Positions 41,964 to 51,545 of a stretch of DNA of 64,000 nucleotides are shown here, one piece after another. The translations under genes and the position numbers were made by a program. Position 1 is the first letter of the stretch, and every line of letters begins with the position of its first letter. The stretch covers positions 224,001-288,000 of the forward strand of contig CAWAUM010000011.1 in the NCBI GenBank assembly GCA_963785235.1, in the 5' to 3' direction. The stretch is from an uncultured delta proteobacterium (lineage in GTDB: Bacteria; Desulfobacterota; Desulfomonilia; UBA1062). Under the pieces are notes generated by a model that was not told the origin of the DNA, did not search any database, and was given only the letters and a program-made list of their open reading frames with translations.

Positions 41964-43273
41964 TTTCCGACGCAGAAACGGGAGAATATCCGCTCAAGGA
42001 TGTCCTCATCAGCGGTCTCGCCGGTCATTTGTCTGAGATGATCCATTGCATGCTTCAGATCAATAGTGAGTACGTCTGCGGTGAATCCTTCTAGGGTGGC
42101 CTTCAGGCAGGAGTTAAGGCTGTCAAGGGTCTTGCCAAGGAGGTATGTGTGCCTGTCCAGGAACACCAGCGGCTGGTCGTGTGGAAATGCCCGCCTCATG
42201 GCGGTTAATAACTCGTCAATGCCAAGAGCATATTTGGCCGAGATGCCAACCGTATCATACCCCGGGGCATCATTGACCTCTCCTTCAACCAGGTCCTTCT
42301 TATTCATTACCACAATAGTCTTTTCCGCCAGGTCCAGCCACTGTCTCTCATGGGATTTGATCCCCTCCCGGGCATCCACTACATAAAGGACAAGGTTGGA
42401 TGCCTTCAAGGTCTCAATGGTCTTTTCCACCCCGATCCGCTCAGGTCCTGATGCAGTTTCCCTGATTCCGGCGGTGTCGTGGAATACAAAGTCCATACCG
42501 CCCAGGTACAAATGCTCCCTCAGGACATCCCGGGTCGTTCCTTCCTCATGGTGTACAATGGCCCTGTTATACCCTAAGATAGCGTTGAAGAGCGATGACT
42601 TGCCCACATTGGGCAGTCCTGCAATGGTTGTAACAATACCTTCATATATCCCTTTGGCCTCTGTAGCGTCTTTGAGAAGCCCGGAGATTTGTGAAGTGAT
42701 GTGGGTAAGCGTTTCGAGGAGTGTTTCTTGCCCGATGGGTTCATCCTCAATGATAAAGGATGCTTCAATATCGGCTAGTATCACCATGATAACTTCGATC
42801 ATAGACTTGACCCTGCCTGAAAGCTCACCTTTCAGGAGTGCATGTGCCATCTCGCAGCCTATTGGACTTGAAGAGCCGATGAGTGCGCCAACGGCCTCGG
42901 CCTGGACCAGGTCCATCTTGTGGTTTAAAAAGGCCCTCCTGGTGAATTCTCCCTTGTGTGCCAGGCGTGCTAGGCCGGTGGATGAGATTGCTCCCATAAT
43001 ACGCTCCACCACCAGCGGGTTGCCGTGGCAGCTTATTTCGGCCAGGTCTTCTCCGGTATATGAGTCAGGGCCGGGGTGGAACACGAGCATAGTCTGGTCT
43101 ATGATAGCGCCCTTGCTATCTTTAATGAGTTCGAGGAACTGAGTGTGGGGTGAGAGTTTATGGTTTGAGCTGATCCTTGAAATAATATCAAGCGTATGCA
43201 CTCCGCTCATGCGGATAATGCTGATAGCGCCGTGACCTCTCGGGGTCGACTCGGCATAGATGGTGTCTTTTAC
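41960..43273 (-). CDS. mnmE: tRNA modification GTPase MnmE
   Basis: DTIYAESTPRGHGAISIIRMSG lies in frame upstream of the listed ORF; SYTGED, GEFTRRAF, GLPNVGKSS, DTAGIR and FCVGK. Confidence 0.95.
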   Translation of the reverse strand, partial: VKDTIYAESTPRGHGAISIIRMSGVHTLDIISRISSNHKLSPHTQFLELIKDSKGAIIDQTMLVFHPGPDSYTGEDLAEISCHGNPLVVERIMGAISSTGLARLAHKGEFTRRAFLNHKMDLVQAEAVGALIGSSSPIGCEMAHALLKGELSGRVKSMIEVIMVILADIEASFIIEDEPIGQETLLETLTHITSQISGLLKDATEAKGIYEGIVTTIAGLPNVGKSSLFNAILGYNRAIVHHEEGTTRDVLREHLYLGGMDFVFHDTAGIRETASGPERIGVEKTIETLKASNLVLYVVDAREGIKSHERQWLDLAEKTIVVMNKKDLVEGEVNDAPGYDTVGISAKYALGIDELLTAMRRAFPHDQPLVFLDRHTYLLGKTLDSLNSCLKATLEGFTADVLTIDLKHAMDHLRQMTGETADEDILERIFSRFCVGK

Positions 43274-44007
43274 CGTCTCGATGCCTTCCTCGGCACAATG
43301 ATCACTTTTTTATAAATACCTTCGCCAATACTCTTGGTATTAAGCCCGTTCTCATTCTTGAGGGCAAGATGAATGATCCTGCGGTCATAAGGATTCATCT
43401 TTTCCAGAGAGATGGCCTGGCCGGTGCGCTTGGCCTTTTGCCCCATCTTCAACGCCATGGACTTGAGATAGCTCACATGCCTTTGTCGGTACCCTTCCGT
43501 GTCCAGGGTTATAAACACCGGTTCGGACCTCGATTTGTTGATGATCCGGTTGAGGATAAACTGTAAAGAATCCAGTGTCTGTCCTCGTTTGCCGATTATC
43601 AGACCGGAACCGTCACCCATGATCTCAAGGAGACCTTCTTCACGGACCTTTACCTCTCCGGGCATGTTCAGCAGCCTTAAGAGGTCGCTGACAACCCCTT
43701 GTGCCTCTAGAAGCATTTCCGGCGTTGGTGCCTGGGATTCGCTGGGAGGCTCCGGTTTAGGTTCTGCAGAAGGGGCCGGGGTTGTCTTAATTACTTCTGC
43801 TTTGATTCTATCGGGTTTTAAGACGGCCTTTTCATGCCTGACCAGTATCTTTGCAGTTTTGTTACCAATGATTCCGAACAGACCCTTGGAGCCCTCGGAA
43901 ACGACCTTGACCTCGAGGTCGTCAAAATCAGCATGCAAGGTCTTCATGGCAAGGATGACTGCCTCGTCTACGGTCTTGGCTTCAAATTCTCGGAAATCCT
44001 CTTCCAT
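43270..44007 (-). CDS. jag: Jag/EloR (KhpB) RNA-binding protein
   Basis: Jag_N domain (KTVDEA, KGLFG), KH domain (IIGKRGQTLDSLQ) and R3H domain (RRIIH). Confidence 0.93.
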   Translation of the reverse strand: MEEDFREFEAKTVDEAVILAMKTLHADFDDLEVKVVSEGSKGLFGIIGNKTAKILVRHEKAVLKPDRIKAEVIKTTPAPSAEPKPEPPSESQAPTPEMLLEAQGVVSDLLRLLNMPGEVKVREEGLLEIMGDGSGLIIGKRGQTLDSLQFILNRIINKSRSEPVFITLDTEGYRQRHVSYLKSMALKMGQKAKRTGQAISLEKMNPYDRRIIHLALKNENGLNTKSIGEGIYKKVIIVPRKASRR

Positions 44008-44016
44008 TCTTCTCTC

Positions 44017-45610
44017 CTATGCGGTTTTCCTGTTTATGTAAGCCTGCTGGGCAATTGAGAGGATATTGCTCACGAGCCAGTATATGACCAGACCGGAGGG
44101 GAAGCTCAGGAACATGAAGGTAAAGACAACCGGCATGAAAAGCATGATCTTCTGCTGCATGGGATCACCCGTGGTAGGCGTCATTTTCTGCATGATAAAC
44201 TGGCTCGCCCCCATGAGGATGGGAGTGATGTAGTAGGGATCGCTGGCTGAAAGATCCGGGAGCCAGGTGCCGAACATATGGAACGGGGTGTGTCTGAGCT
44301 CAATGGCCTGGTAGAACACCTTGTAGAGGGCAAAGAGAATGGGGATCTGCAGGAGCATGGGCAGGCAACCACCCATGGGGTTGATCTTGTGCTCCTTGTA
44401 GAGCCGCATGAGCTCCTGGTTCATCTTCTGTTTGTCGTCCTTGTACTGCTGCTGGACCTCCTTCATGAGCGGCTGGATCTTCTGGAGCTCCTTCATGGAG
44501 GTGAAGCTCTTGAGGGTCAGAGGATAGAGAAGGAACTTGATGATGATGGTCAGGATGATGATAGTCCACCCGTAGCTGCCCACGTATTTGTAAATCCAGT
44601 TCATGGACATGAGCAGCGGTTTGGCGATGATGTCGAAGAATCCGAAATCCAGGGCCTTGTTCAGCTTGTATCCCACAGCCTCCAGGGGTTTCAGCTCTTT
44701 GGGGCCTAAGAAGATGATATTGTCCTTGATCAGTGATGAACCGGCTGCAATAGTGGCTGGGGCAAAGGTGTAGTTGAGCTCCACAGTCTTGTCGCTGGTA
44801 CGTTTTATGATGAGAGTGGTACTCGAAGGTGTCTTGGGAATGATGGTCTGGAGAAAGTACTTATCCTCAAACCCGAACCACTGGATCTCTCCGGTGAAAT
44901 CCCTATAACTCCCGATATTCTTAACCTTGTCGATCTTGAATTCTTCAAGGTGCTTGCCGTTCAGCAGAACAGGGCCTTCAAAGGCGTACCCGCTGCTCTT
45001 TTCATCAATCTTATAGGTATGGTTAAACACGATCCCGCCGGATACGGACATGGGTGAGGCGGTATGATTTTCAATAATAGCCTGGTATCCTATCTGATAG
45101 GTTTTGGGGTCTATGGTGAATACTTTTTTCAGGGTGATGGCGGGCGATGCCTGGCTTCGGAATTCAATGACCTGTGGTATGTCGGCAAGTGTCACGGGAC
45201 CCTGCTGGGATGATTCATAAACAAGGCCGACATCTGTGAACCCACCGGAAAGAACAAGGTTAGGCATTGGGGCTTTGATGATCTCAACCGGCTTTGCGTC
45301 CTTGTCCATGGAGGTAAGGTATTTCTTCAATTTTAAAGAGGTGATCTGGGCACCTTTCGTGCTGAAGGTGGCAGTATACAAGGGGGTATCTATGATGACA
45401 TCGTTACCAGCAATACTGAGAGTTTGCGGGGCTGTGGTCGGGGCGACATCGATGGGTTGTACCTCCTGAGTCGGCTGGCTTGGCGCTGCAACAATGGGCT
45501 GCCGGCTTCGGCTCAGGTGCGGTTTTTATCTTTGTCTGGTCAAAAAGCAAGCCCCAGCCGAACAGAATGGCCATTGATAAAATGATGGCAAGCAGAGTCC
45601 TTTTTTCCAT
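44017..45610 (-). CDS. yidC: Membrane protein insertase YidC (frameshifted in the N-terminal linker, about 45400-45500)
   Basis: MEKRTLLAIILS start, GPK, DFGFF, NPMGGCLPMLLQIP and GLVIYW. Confidence 0.93.
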
Positions 45611-45634
45611 CTCGTCTTCATCTCCAGATAAGTA

Positions 45635-45844
45635 TTACACAGGGTCGAAGCCGCCTTTGTGAAGCGGGTTGCAGCGAAGCACCCTCCATGCCGCCTTCAG
45701 GAGACCTCGCACAGGACCGTACTTGGCAATGGCCTGGGCTGCATACTCAGAGCAGCTTGGATAAAATCTGCACGAAGGCCTGAGCAGCGGAGAGATAACC
45801 TTCTGGTAGAGACGTATCAGTGCGATGAGTAAGGCTTTTCCCAT
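45635..45844 (-). CDS. yidD: Membrane protein insertion efficiency factor YidD
   Basis: [11 protein letters not shown] and [13 protein letters not shown]. Confidence 0.95.
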   Translation of the reverse strand: MGKALLIALIRLYQKVISPLLRPSCRFYPSCSEYAAQAIAKYGPVRGLLKAAWRVLRCNPLHKGGFDPV

Positions 45845-46185
45845 GTGTGTGATCCAATGGCCTTTGCTATCTCCTGGGTGAGTTCTTGGTAACCGGTATC
45901 CGCCATGCCGTGTTTTGCGATCAGGATATAATCATGGCCCTGAGGAAACAGATGTTTGTTTCTTCTGTATATCTCTCGCAAGAGCCTTTTTGCCCTGTTT
46001 CTAACGACAGCACCCCCGACTTTTTTGCTCGCAGTTAATCCAATACGAACGTGGGGCAGATCATTTGGAGCAGCGAGGATGACCAGGTGTTTGGTGACCA
46101 GTCTCGCAACCTTGTTTTTCTCAGCCCTTTTGAATTCAATGCGTTTCCTCAGCCGTTCAGCCTGGGGGAATTTCTCGTCCGGCAT
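45817..46185 (-). CDS. rnpA: Ribonuclease P protein component
   Basis: [19 protein letters not shown] and AVVRNRAKR. Confidence 0.95.
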   Translation of the reverse strand: MPDEKFPQAERLRKRIEFKRAEKNKVARLVTKHLVILAAPNDLPHVRIGLTASKKVGGAVVRNRAKRLLREIYRRNKHLFPQGHDYILIAKHGMADTGYQELTQEIAKAIGSHTWEKPYSSH

Positions 46186-46319
46186 CAGACCGACAGACGT
46201 TTCCGTCCCTTGGCCCTCCTCCGGTTGATGACGAGCCTTCCACCCTTGGTGCGCATACGAATCAGGAATCCGTGCGTACGTTTCCGCCTGGTATTGTGCG
46301 GTTGAAATGTGCGCTTCAT
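46185..46319 (-). CDS. rpmH: 50S ribosomal protein L34 (absent from the supplied ORF track)
   Basis: Translated by hand: [44 protein letters not shown]. Confidence 0.97.
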   Translation of the reverse strand: MKRTFQPHNTRRKRTHGFLIRMRTKGGRLVINRRRAKGRKRLSV

Positions 46320-46447
46320 GAATTACCTCAATTTCTTATAGTTTTGAGCGGTAAGTATTTACATGCAGGGTAGGCCATTGTCAAGCAACAAAAGGCACTA
46401 TGGCTTCTCCTTGTCAGACACTGGCCTTGTACGCTATAGCTCACATC

Positions 46448-47116
46448 ATGCAAAGGGTATTCTGCAAACGCGAGGTGACCCATGGTCTGGACAGGGGTCC
46501 TGATGCCGTATCCGCAAGGCTCGCTGAGCTCCTGCCGGGCAGCCGTATTGTCTGCCTGGCGCAGATTCATTCGGACAGGATCGTAAGGGCCGAGGATATC
46601 CCCCCCGGGGTGTTCCCGGAGGCGGACGGGGTCATTTCTCTGGACCCGTCCCTGGTGCTGTGCATCCGCACTGCCGACTGCGTACCGCTGCTCATGTGGG
46701 CGGAAAATACGCCAATAATCGCAGCGGTTCATGCCGGATGGAAAGGACTCGCGAAGAAGATTGTCTCCAAAACAATCGATCTCATGCGCGCACTAGGCGC
46801 GCATGAGATCCATGTAAGCATGGGGCCATCCATCGGGCCATGCTGCTATGCCGTGGGGACAGAGGTCATTGAGGCACTTCAGACCGGGCCTGACCGACAC
46901 TTTGGTGGAAGGCTTTATGTGGATCTGCACCGCATCTCGGCGCTGCAGGCCAAAAACGCCGGCGTATCGCCTGATATGATCCATCAGGTGCAGGCCTGCA
47001 CCTACTGCAACAGTGACTCGTTTTTTTCCTACCGGAGAGAAGGGGAGCATACCGGCAGGAACATATCGCTCATCGGAGGACTCTCATGCTCGTTGCCGGG
47101 CTTACAGGCTCTATAG
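46448..47116 (+). CDS. pgeF: YfiH/PgeF family protein
   Basis: QIHS, ADG, TADCVP, HAGWKG, GPSIGPCCY and FFSYRR. Confidence 0.9.
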   Translation: MQRVFCKREVTHGLDRGPDAVSARLAELLPGSRIVCLAQIHSDRIVRAEDIPPGVFPEADGVISLDPSLVLCIRTADCVPLLMWAENTPIIAAVHAGWKGLAKKIVSKTIDLMRALGAHEIHVSMGPSIGPCCYAVGTEVIEALQTGPDRHFGGRLYVDLHRISALQAKNAGVSPDMIHQVQACTYCNSDSFFSYRREGEHTGRNISLIGGLSCSLPGLQAL

Positions 47117-47703
47117 CCACCGGGAAATCCACGGTTTCGGGTATCCTGAAGGAACTTGGTGCATTCATCGTGGATGCAGACCGTGCAGCCCATGAGGTAG
47201 TTCTTCCGGGTACGAAGGCATGGAACGAGATAGTTCGGATCTTCGGTAAGAAAATATTGCAGAAATCCGGCGAGATAGATCGGGAACACTTGGGTCGTAT
47301 CATATTCAACGATTCAGCCATGCGAAGCATCCTCGAGGAGGTCGTCCACCCCGAGGTTATGCACTCCATGGACGAGCAGATCAGATCCATCACGTCGGGT
47401 TTCCCCGATGCAGTAGTGATCCTTGACGTGCCGCTGCTCATTGAGACGGGCATGCATAAAGGGGTAAGCGAGGTCATCGTGGTATATTGCCCTGAAGACA
47501 TGCAGATAACGCGGCTCATGATCAGGGACAATATCAGCAGGGAAGAGGCTCTCACAAAAGTCCGCGCCCAGATATCCATTGAGGAGAAGAGGAACTATGC
47601 CTCCTTGCTCATCGACAACAGCGCTTCAAGGGACAATACCAGGAAGCAGGTGAAGAACACCTATAATCGTATCAAAGAAAAGGCAGGAGATGCTCAAGGG
47701 TAA
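47086..47703 (+). CDS. coaE: Dephospho-CoA kinase
   Basis: GLTGSIATGKST, VDAD, HP and DVPLLIE. Confidence 0.95.
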   Translation: MLVAGLTGSIATGKSTVSGILKELGAFIVDADRAAHEVVLPGTKAWNEIVRIFGKKILQKSGEIDREHLGRIIFNDSAMRSILEEVVHPEVMHSMDEQIRSITSGFPDAVVILDVPLLIETGMHKGVSEVIVVYCPEDMQITRLMIRDNISREEALTKVRAQISIEEKRNYASLLIDNSASRDNTRKQVKNTYNRIKEKAGDAQG

Positions 47704-47726
47704 AGGAAGCAATCGGGGCATGCCCT

Positions 47727-48629
47727 TTATCGCTTGATGGGCTGTTTGGCAGGGGGGGCTACGGTCTTTTTTATTACGATCGGAGGTTTTTCCGACAATC
47801 CGGCATCCAGGAGTTCTTTGTCAAGATCCGACAATTCATCTCCTTCCATGGCTTCGGCCACTGGCTCATCAGTATCCTCTGGGGTTATCCCCAGTGCTGC
47901 CATCTCTTTGCCGATGAGCGCTTGAAAACTCTTGGCGTCCCTGAAATGAGGGTTTATCTCAAGGGCTTTTTTCAGCCATACCAGGGCATTATTCCATTCC
48001 TTTATGTCATAATAGATCCGCGCGATATTGAAATAGAGGTGCTCGTCCTGGGGTGAGATGGTAATTGCCTTCTGATAGTTTGCCAGGGCCTCTTCCAGCA
48101 TATTGGCCTTTCTCAGTTCTATTCCGAATTCATTGAAGATATGTTTGTTATCTTCTTCAAAGATGGCCTCGACCTCGGAGAGCTTTCTGAACACGTCCTT
48201 TGCTTTTGCGGTATCACCCATCTCCATGTACAGGGTCCCTATACCGAAGTTGGCCCTGATGCTTTCGGGGTCTATCTTCAATGCATTGGTATACTCGAAC
48301 TCAGCCGAAAAGAGCTCGCCCCGTGCCCTTTGTTTTTCAGCCACGGCCACATGCCGGTCGTGCTCAGCCTCATTTTTTGTCTTTACCCGGTAGTTGGGGT
48401 CAAAGGTATATCGTTTCAGGAACTCGTCATAGGCGATTTCTATGACAATGCCGGTGGGTTTTCCTTCGTTGCCCAGGAAGCTTAGTTTGACCTTTTCACT
48501 ATCAATCTGTTCGGCCTGGCAATAGTTCTTCATCTTCTGGTTCTTCTGAGTATGACCGGTCCCCAGGGTAATGGTGGATTCTTCGAAAAAAACTCCTTGA
48601 ATTTTCTTGACGTATTTTGTTTGGTCCAT
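47727..48629 (-). CDS. TPR protein
   Basis: TPR helices (ANFGIG, FNEFGIELRK, LYFNIAR, ALEINP) and an acidic tail. Confidence 0.8.
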   Translation of the reverse strand: MDQTKYVKKIQGVFFEESTITLGTGHTQKNQKMKNYCQAEQIDSEKVKLSFLGNEGKPTGIVIEIAYDEFLKRYTFDPNYRVKTKNEAEHDRHVAVAEKQRARGELFSAEFEYTNALKIDPESIRANFGIGTLYMEMGDTAKAKDVFRKLSEVEAIFEEDNKHIFNEFGIELRKANMLEEALANYQKAITISPQDEHLYFNIARIYYDIKEWNNALVWLKKALEINPHFRDAKSFQALIGKEMAALGITPEDTDEPVAEAMEGDELSDLDKELLDAGLSEKPPIVIKKTVAPPAKQPIKR

Positions 48630-48752
48630 ATTTTTTTATTATCGGTTCTTCATGCACAGAAGTTTACATAATATCATGACCAGAACCGGAGGTTGACGCA
48701 TGAGCATGTAATATGGCAACCCTATGAAGTATCACGTACATGGTAAGGGGGT

Positions 48753-49562
48753 GTGATGAAACCGATCGGCTTTATCGGCGCAGGGAATATGGCAGAGGCG
48801 ATTATCTCAGGATTGATAAAGAAAGGCCTGATAAACCCCCAAGAAATCAAAGTATTCGACATCAAGCCGGAACGTATGGATCATTTGTGCAGCGTTTTGA
48901 GCATAGAATGTGCCGCATCCATGCAGGAGCTTGTCCGCTCGCGGGATATTGTAATACTCGCAACCAAGCCCGACCAGATATCGACCCTGCTGCAAGGCAT
49001 TAAGGGATCTCTCGCCGGGAAGCTCATCATAAGCATAGCAGCCGGCGTAACATTGAAAAGCATGCTTGATGTACTAGGGCCACAGGCCAGGATAGTGAGG
49101 GTGATGCCCAACACGCCGGCCCTGGTGCTCGAAGGTGCCACAGTACTTGCGGCTTCATCATCATGCACAGAACAGGATAAAGAGATTGCAAAGGAGATCT
49201 TCTTTGCTGTGGGCATATGCCTTGAGATGGATGAGAAATTCATCAATGCGGTCACGGCCCTTTCAGGTTCGGGCCCGGCCTTCTGCTTCCTGTTCCTGGA
49301 GGCGATGTGCGATGGGGCGGTAAAGGCCGGTCTGCCGAGGGATGTAGCCCTACGGCTTGCAGCCGCAACCATGAAGGGGGCTGGTGCAATGGTCCTCGAA
49401 CTCGGGAAGCACCCGGGCCAGCTCAAGGACATGGTAACCTCTCCTTCCGGCACAACCATTGAGGGGATATCCGTTCTTGAGTCAAAGGGTTTTCGCTCAG
49501 CCGTTATAGAGGCAATAACCGCAGCCTATAAGAGGGCAGAGATCATGTCGGGGAAGGGTTGA
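48753..49562 (+). CDS. proC: Pyrroline-5-carboxylate reductase
   Basis: GFIGAGNMA, RVMPNTP, SGSGPAF and VTSPSGTT. Confidence 0.96.
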   Translation: MMKPIGFIGAGNMAEAIISGLIKKGLINPQEIKVFDIKPERMDHLCSVLSIECAASMQELVRSRDIVILATKPDQISTLLQGIKGSLAGKLIISIAAGVTLKSMLDVLGPQARIVRVMPNTPALVLEGATVLAASSSCTEQDKEIAKEIFFAVGICLEMDEKFINAVTALSGSGPAFCFLFLEAMCDGAVKAGLPRDVALRLAAATMKGAGAMVLELGKHPGQLKDMVTSPSGTTIEGISVLESKGFRSAVIEAITAAYKRAEIMSGKG

Positions 49563-49586
49563 TACCTTAAGACTCCTACCATGCTC

Positions 49587-49614
49587 TAAATCTCGGCTTG
49601 TAAATCTCGGCTTG
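49587..49614 (+). repeat. 14-bp tandem duplication next to hairpin copy E
   Basis: TAAATCTCGGCTTG repeated twice. Confidence 0.8.
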
Positions 49615-49673
49615 AAAAACCTGTCCTCTACAGAATGATCATCTCGCCATGCGAGATGATCATTCTGTAGAGG
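49615..49673 (+). repeat. Hairpin repeat, copy E (divergent)
   Basis: Perfect 23-bp inverted repeat at 49625-49647/49651-49673 with loop CAT; 14/23 identical to the copy B arm; preceded by AAAAACCT as in copies B, C and D. Confidence 0.75.
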
Positions 49674-49721
49674 CTAAATAAAGCTTACTTGCAGCAGACA
49701 ACAGGGTATCTAAGGTTATTA

Positions 49722-50375
49722 TTAATACACCTTTGAATTCTTGATGATCTCCACGGCGTCTCTCGGCGAGTCCACCAGTGTATAGATGGACCTGTCTTCA
49801 GGCAGTATCATGCCGTCTTCCAGCATGGTGTCCTCGATCCATTCAAGCAGGCCGGCCCAGTACTGTGAACCTATCATGATCACCGGGAAGGGCTTGAGCT
49901 TGTCGGTCTGGATCAGGGTGAGGGCCTCGAAGAGTTCGTCCATGGTTCCGAATCCGCCGGGGAAAATGACATAGCTCATGGCATACTTGACAAACATGAC
50001 CTTGCGCACGAAGAAGTAACGGAAATTGATGTGTATGGTGGTATAGGGGTTGGACTTCTGTTCAAAGGGCAGAACGATATTCAGCCCCACTGACTGTCCT
50101 CCTGCCTCATGGGCCCCTTTGTTTGCCGCCTCCATGATGCCCGGGCCGCCACCTGTTATTACCGAGAATCCTTCATTGGCCAGCATCCGTCCCAACTCTT
50201 CGGCCATGTTATAATACTTGTCTCCTGGTTTTGACCTGGCAGAGCCGAAGATTGTTACTGCCGGCTCCAGGGGGGACAATTGCTCGATGCCGTCAACGAA
50301 CTCGGCCATGACCCTGAAGACCCTCCACGATTCCTGTGGTTTGATCTGGTCGATGATATATTTCTCGCTCTTCAT
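49722..50375 (-). CDS. LOG family protein (TIGR00730-like)
   Basis: FGSAR, TGGGPGIMEA, YFFVRK and PGGFGTMDE. Confidence 0.92.
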   Translation of the reverse strand: MKSEKYIIDQIKPQESWRVFRVMAEFVDGIEQLSPLEPAVTIFGSARSKPGDKYYNMAEELGRMLANEGFSVITGGGPGIMEAANKGAHEAGGQSVGLNIVLPFEQKSNPYTTIHINFRYFFVRKVMFVKYAMSYVIFPGGFGTMDELFEALTLIQTDKLKPFPVIMIGSQYWAGLLEWIEDTMLEDGMILPEDRSIYTLVDSPRDAVEIIKNSKVY

Positions 50376-50445
50376 GGAAGCTCTCCTTAAAGAAACTCAC
50401 AATCAATTGCCTTATCGGCATTGAGAGTGGTAGGATTTATCAGTC

Positions 50446-51306
50446 GTGTACGACCTCCACATCCATACATCACATTCTTCAGACGGGCAATACGGGCCTG
50501 GCGAAATCCTGCGTATGGCTAAGGCCTGCAATCTGAAAGGCCTGGCCTTTACCGATCATATGGACACCTCTGCCGTGGCTGAAGGTATACGCCTGGCCCC
50601 TGCATACGGACTGAACTTTATTTCCGGTGTGGAGCTCTCAACCGTACTCCATGACCGGGAATATCACCTCCTGCTCTATGGGTTCCACCCGGATAATAGG
50701 ATAATAAAAGCCTTTCTTGATCAGCACTGCCGGGCCATCTGGGATAAGGCCCTTGAGGTACTCAATGTATTCAATCAGATGGGTTTTGATATCAGGAAGG
50801 ACGATATCCCGTCATGGGGCCTCTCGGTGCCCACCGGGGTTACCTTTCTCAATGCGCTGATCAAGAGGAACCAAGGGGACAAGAGGCTTCAGGAATACCT
50901 CTGTGGGCACAAGGCGTCCTCTCCATATCTGAACTTCTATAAGGATTATGCCCTGACTGATATCGGAACCATGGTACGCTCCGCCTTGCCGGATCTCATA
51001 GAGACCATGCGGCTGCTTAAGGACTCCGGCGTGTTCATCCTCGCCCATCCCGGCAATACAAGCAATACTATTTTGAAGGAATTGAAGGGTGAAGGTCTTT
51101 GCGGGATCGAGGTCTACAGCACTCATCACACAGCCCGGATAATGGAGCATCTAGTGGAAGAGGCCAGGTCGCTGAATCTTATGGTAAGTTCGGGATCCGA
51201 TTTCCACGGAGAGTTTATCAAACCGGGCATCGGTCTTGGTGATTCATCCGGGGAGCCTGATGATCAGCTCATCACTATGATTTTAGGCATGACCGCAAGA
51301 GGATAA
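50446..51306 (+). CDS. PHP domain phosphoesterase
   Basis: DLHIHTSHSSDG, FTDH, GVELS, LAHP and GSDFHG. Confidence 0.9.
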   Translation: MYDLHIHTSHSSDGQYGPGEILRMAKACNLKGLAFTDHMDTSAVAEGIRLAPAYGLNFISGVELSTVLHDREYHLLLYGFHPDNRIIKAFLDQHCRAIWDKALEVLNVFNQMGFDIRKDDIPSWGLSVPTGVTFLNALIKRNQGDKRLQEYLCGHKASSPYLNFYKDYALTDIGTMVRSALPDLIETMRLLKDSGVFILAHPGNTSNTILKELKGEGLCGIEVYSTHHTARIMEHLVEEARSLNLMVSSGSDFHGEFIKPGIGLGDSSGEPDDQLITMILGMTARG

Positions 51307-51339
51307 TGAATAGGACCGCTTATGCAATTCTGATGGTCT

Positions 51340-51507
51340 TAAGCAGAGTACTCATAGTGAACATGGAATTGTCTTTTCATAGGTCCGTTCAAAACCTGCA
51401 TCTTGCAGCTTTGAAGGTCCGACAGAATAAGCATAGAGAAAAGGCTGCAAGATGCAGGTTTTGAACGGATAAGGTTTTTACACCTCGTAACCGCAAAATC
51501 TGTCTTA
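51340..51507 (-). mobile_element. Hairpin-containing MITE-like repeat, copy D
   Basis: Perfect 26-bp inverted repeat at 51384-51409/51444-51469 with a 34-nt spacer; flanks collinear with copies A and F. Confidence 0.75.
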
Positions 51508-51545
51508 AAGGCCTTGGAATGGTCGCAGCCATTCCCTACCATTCC

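Noticed and set aside
46320-46400. oriC next to rpmH
   Set aside because: Short spacer with no DnaA boxes; only a TTGACA promoter-like element at 46379-46384 (minus strand).
8134-51469. Palindromic repeats as a CRISPR array or integron attC sites
   Set aside because: Copies are dispersed kilobases apart with no repeat-spacer periodicity; no cas or integrase gene; stems lack the extrahelical bases typical of attC.
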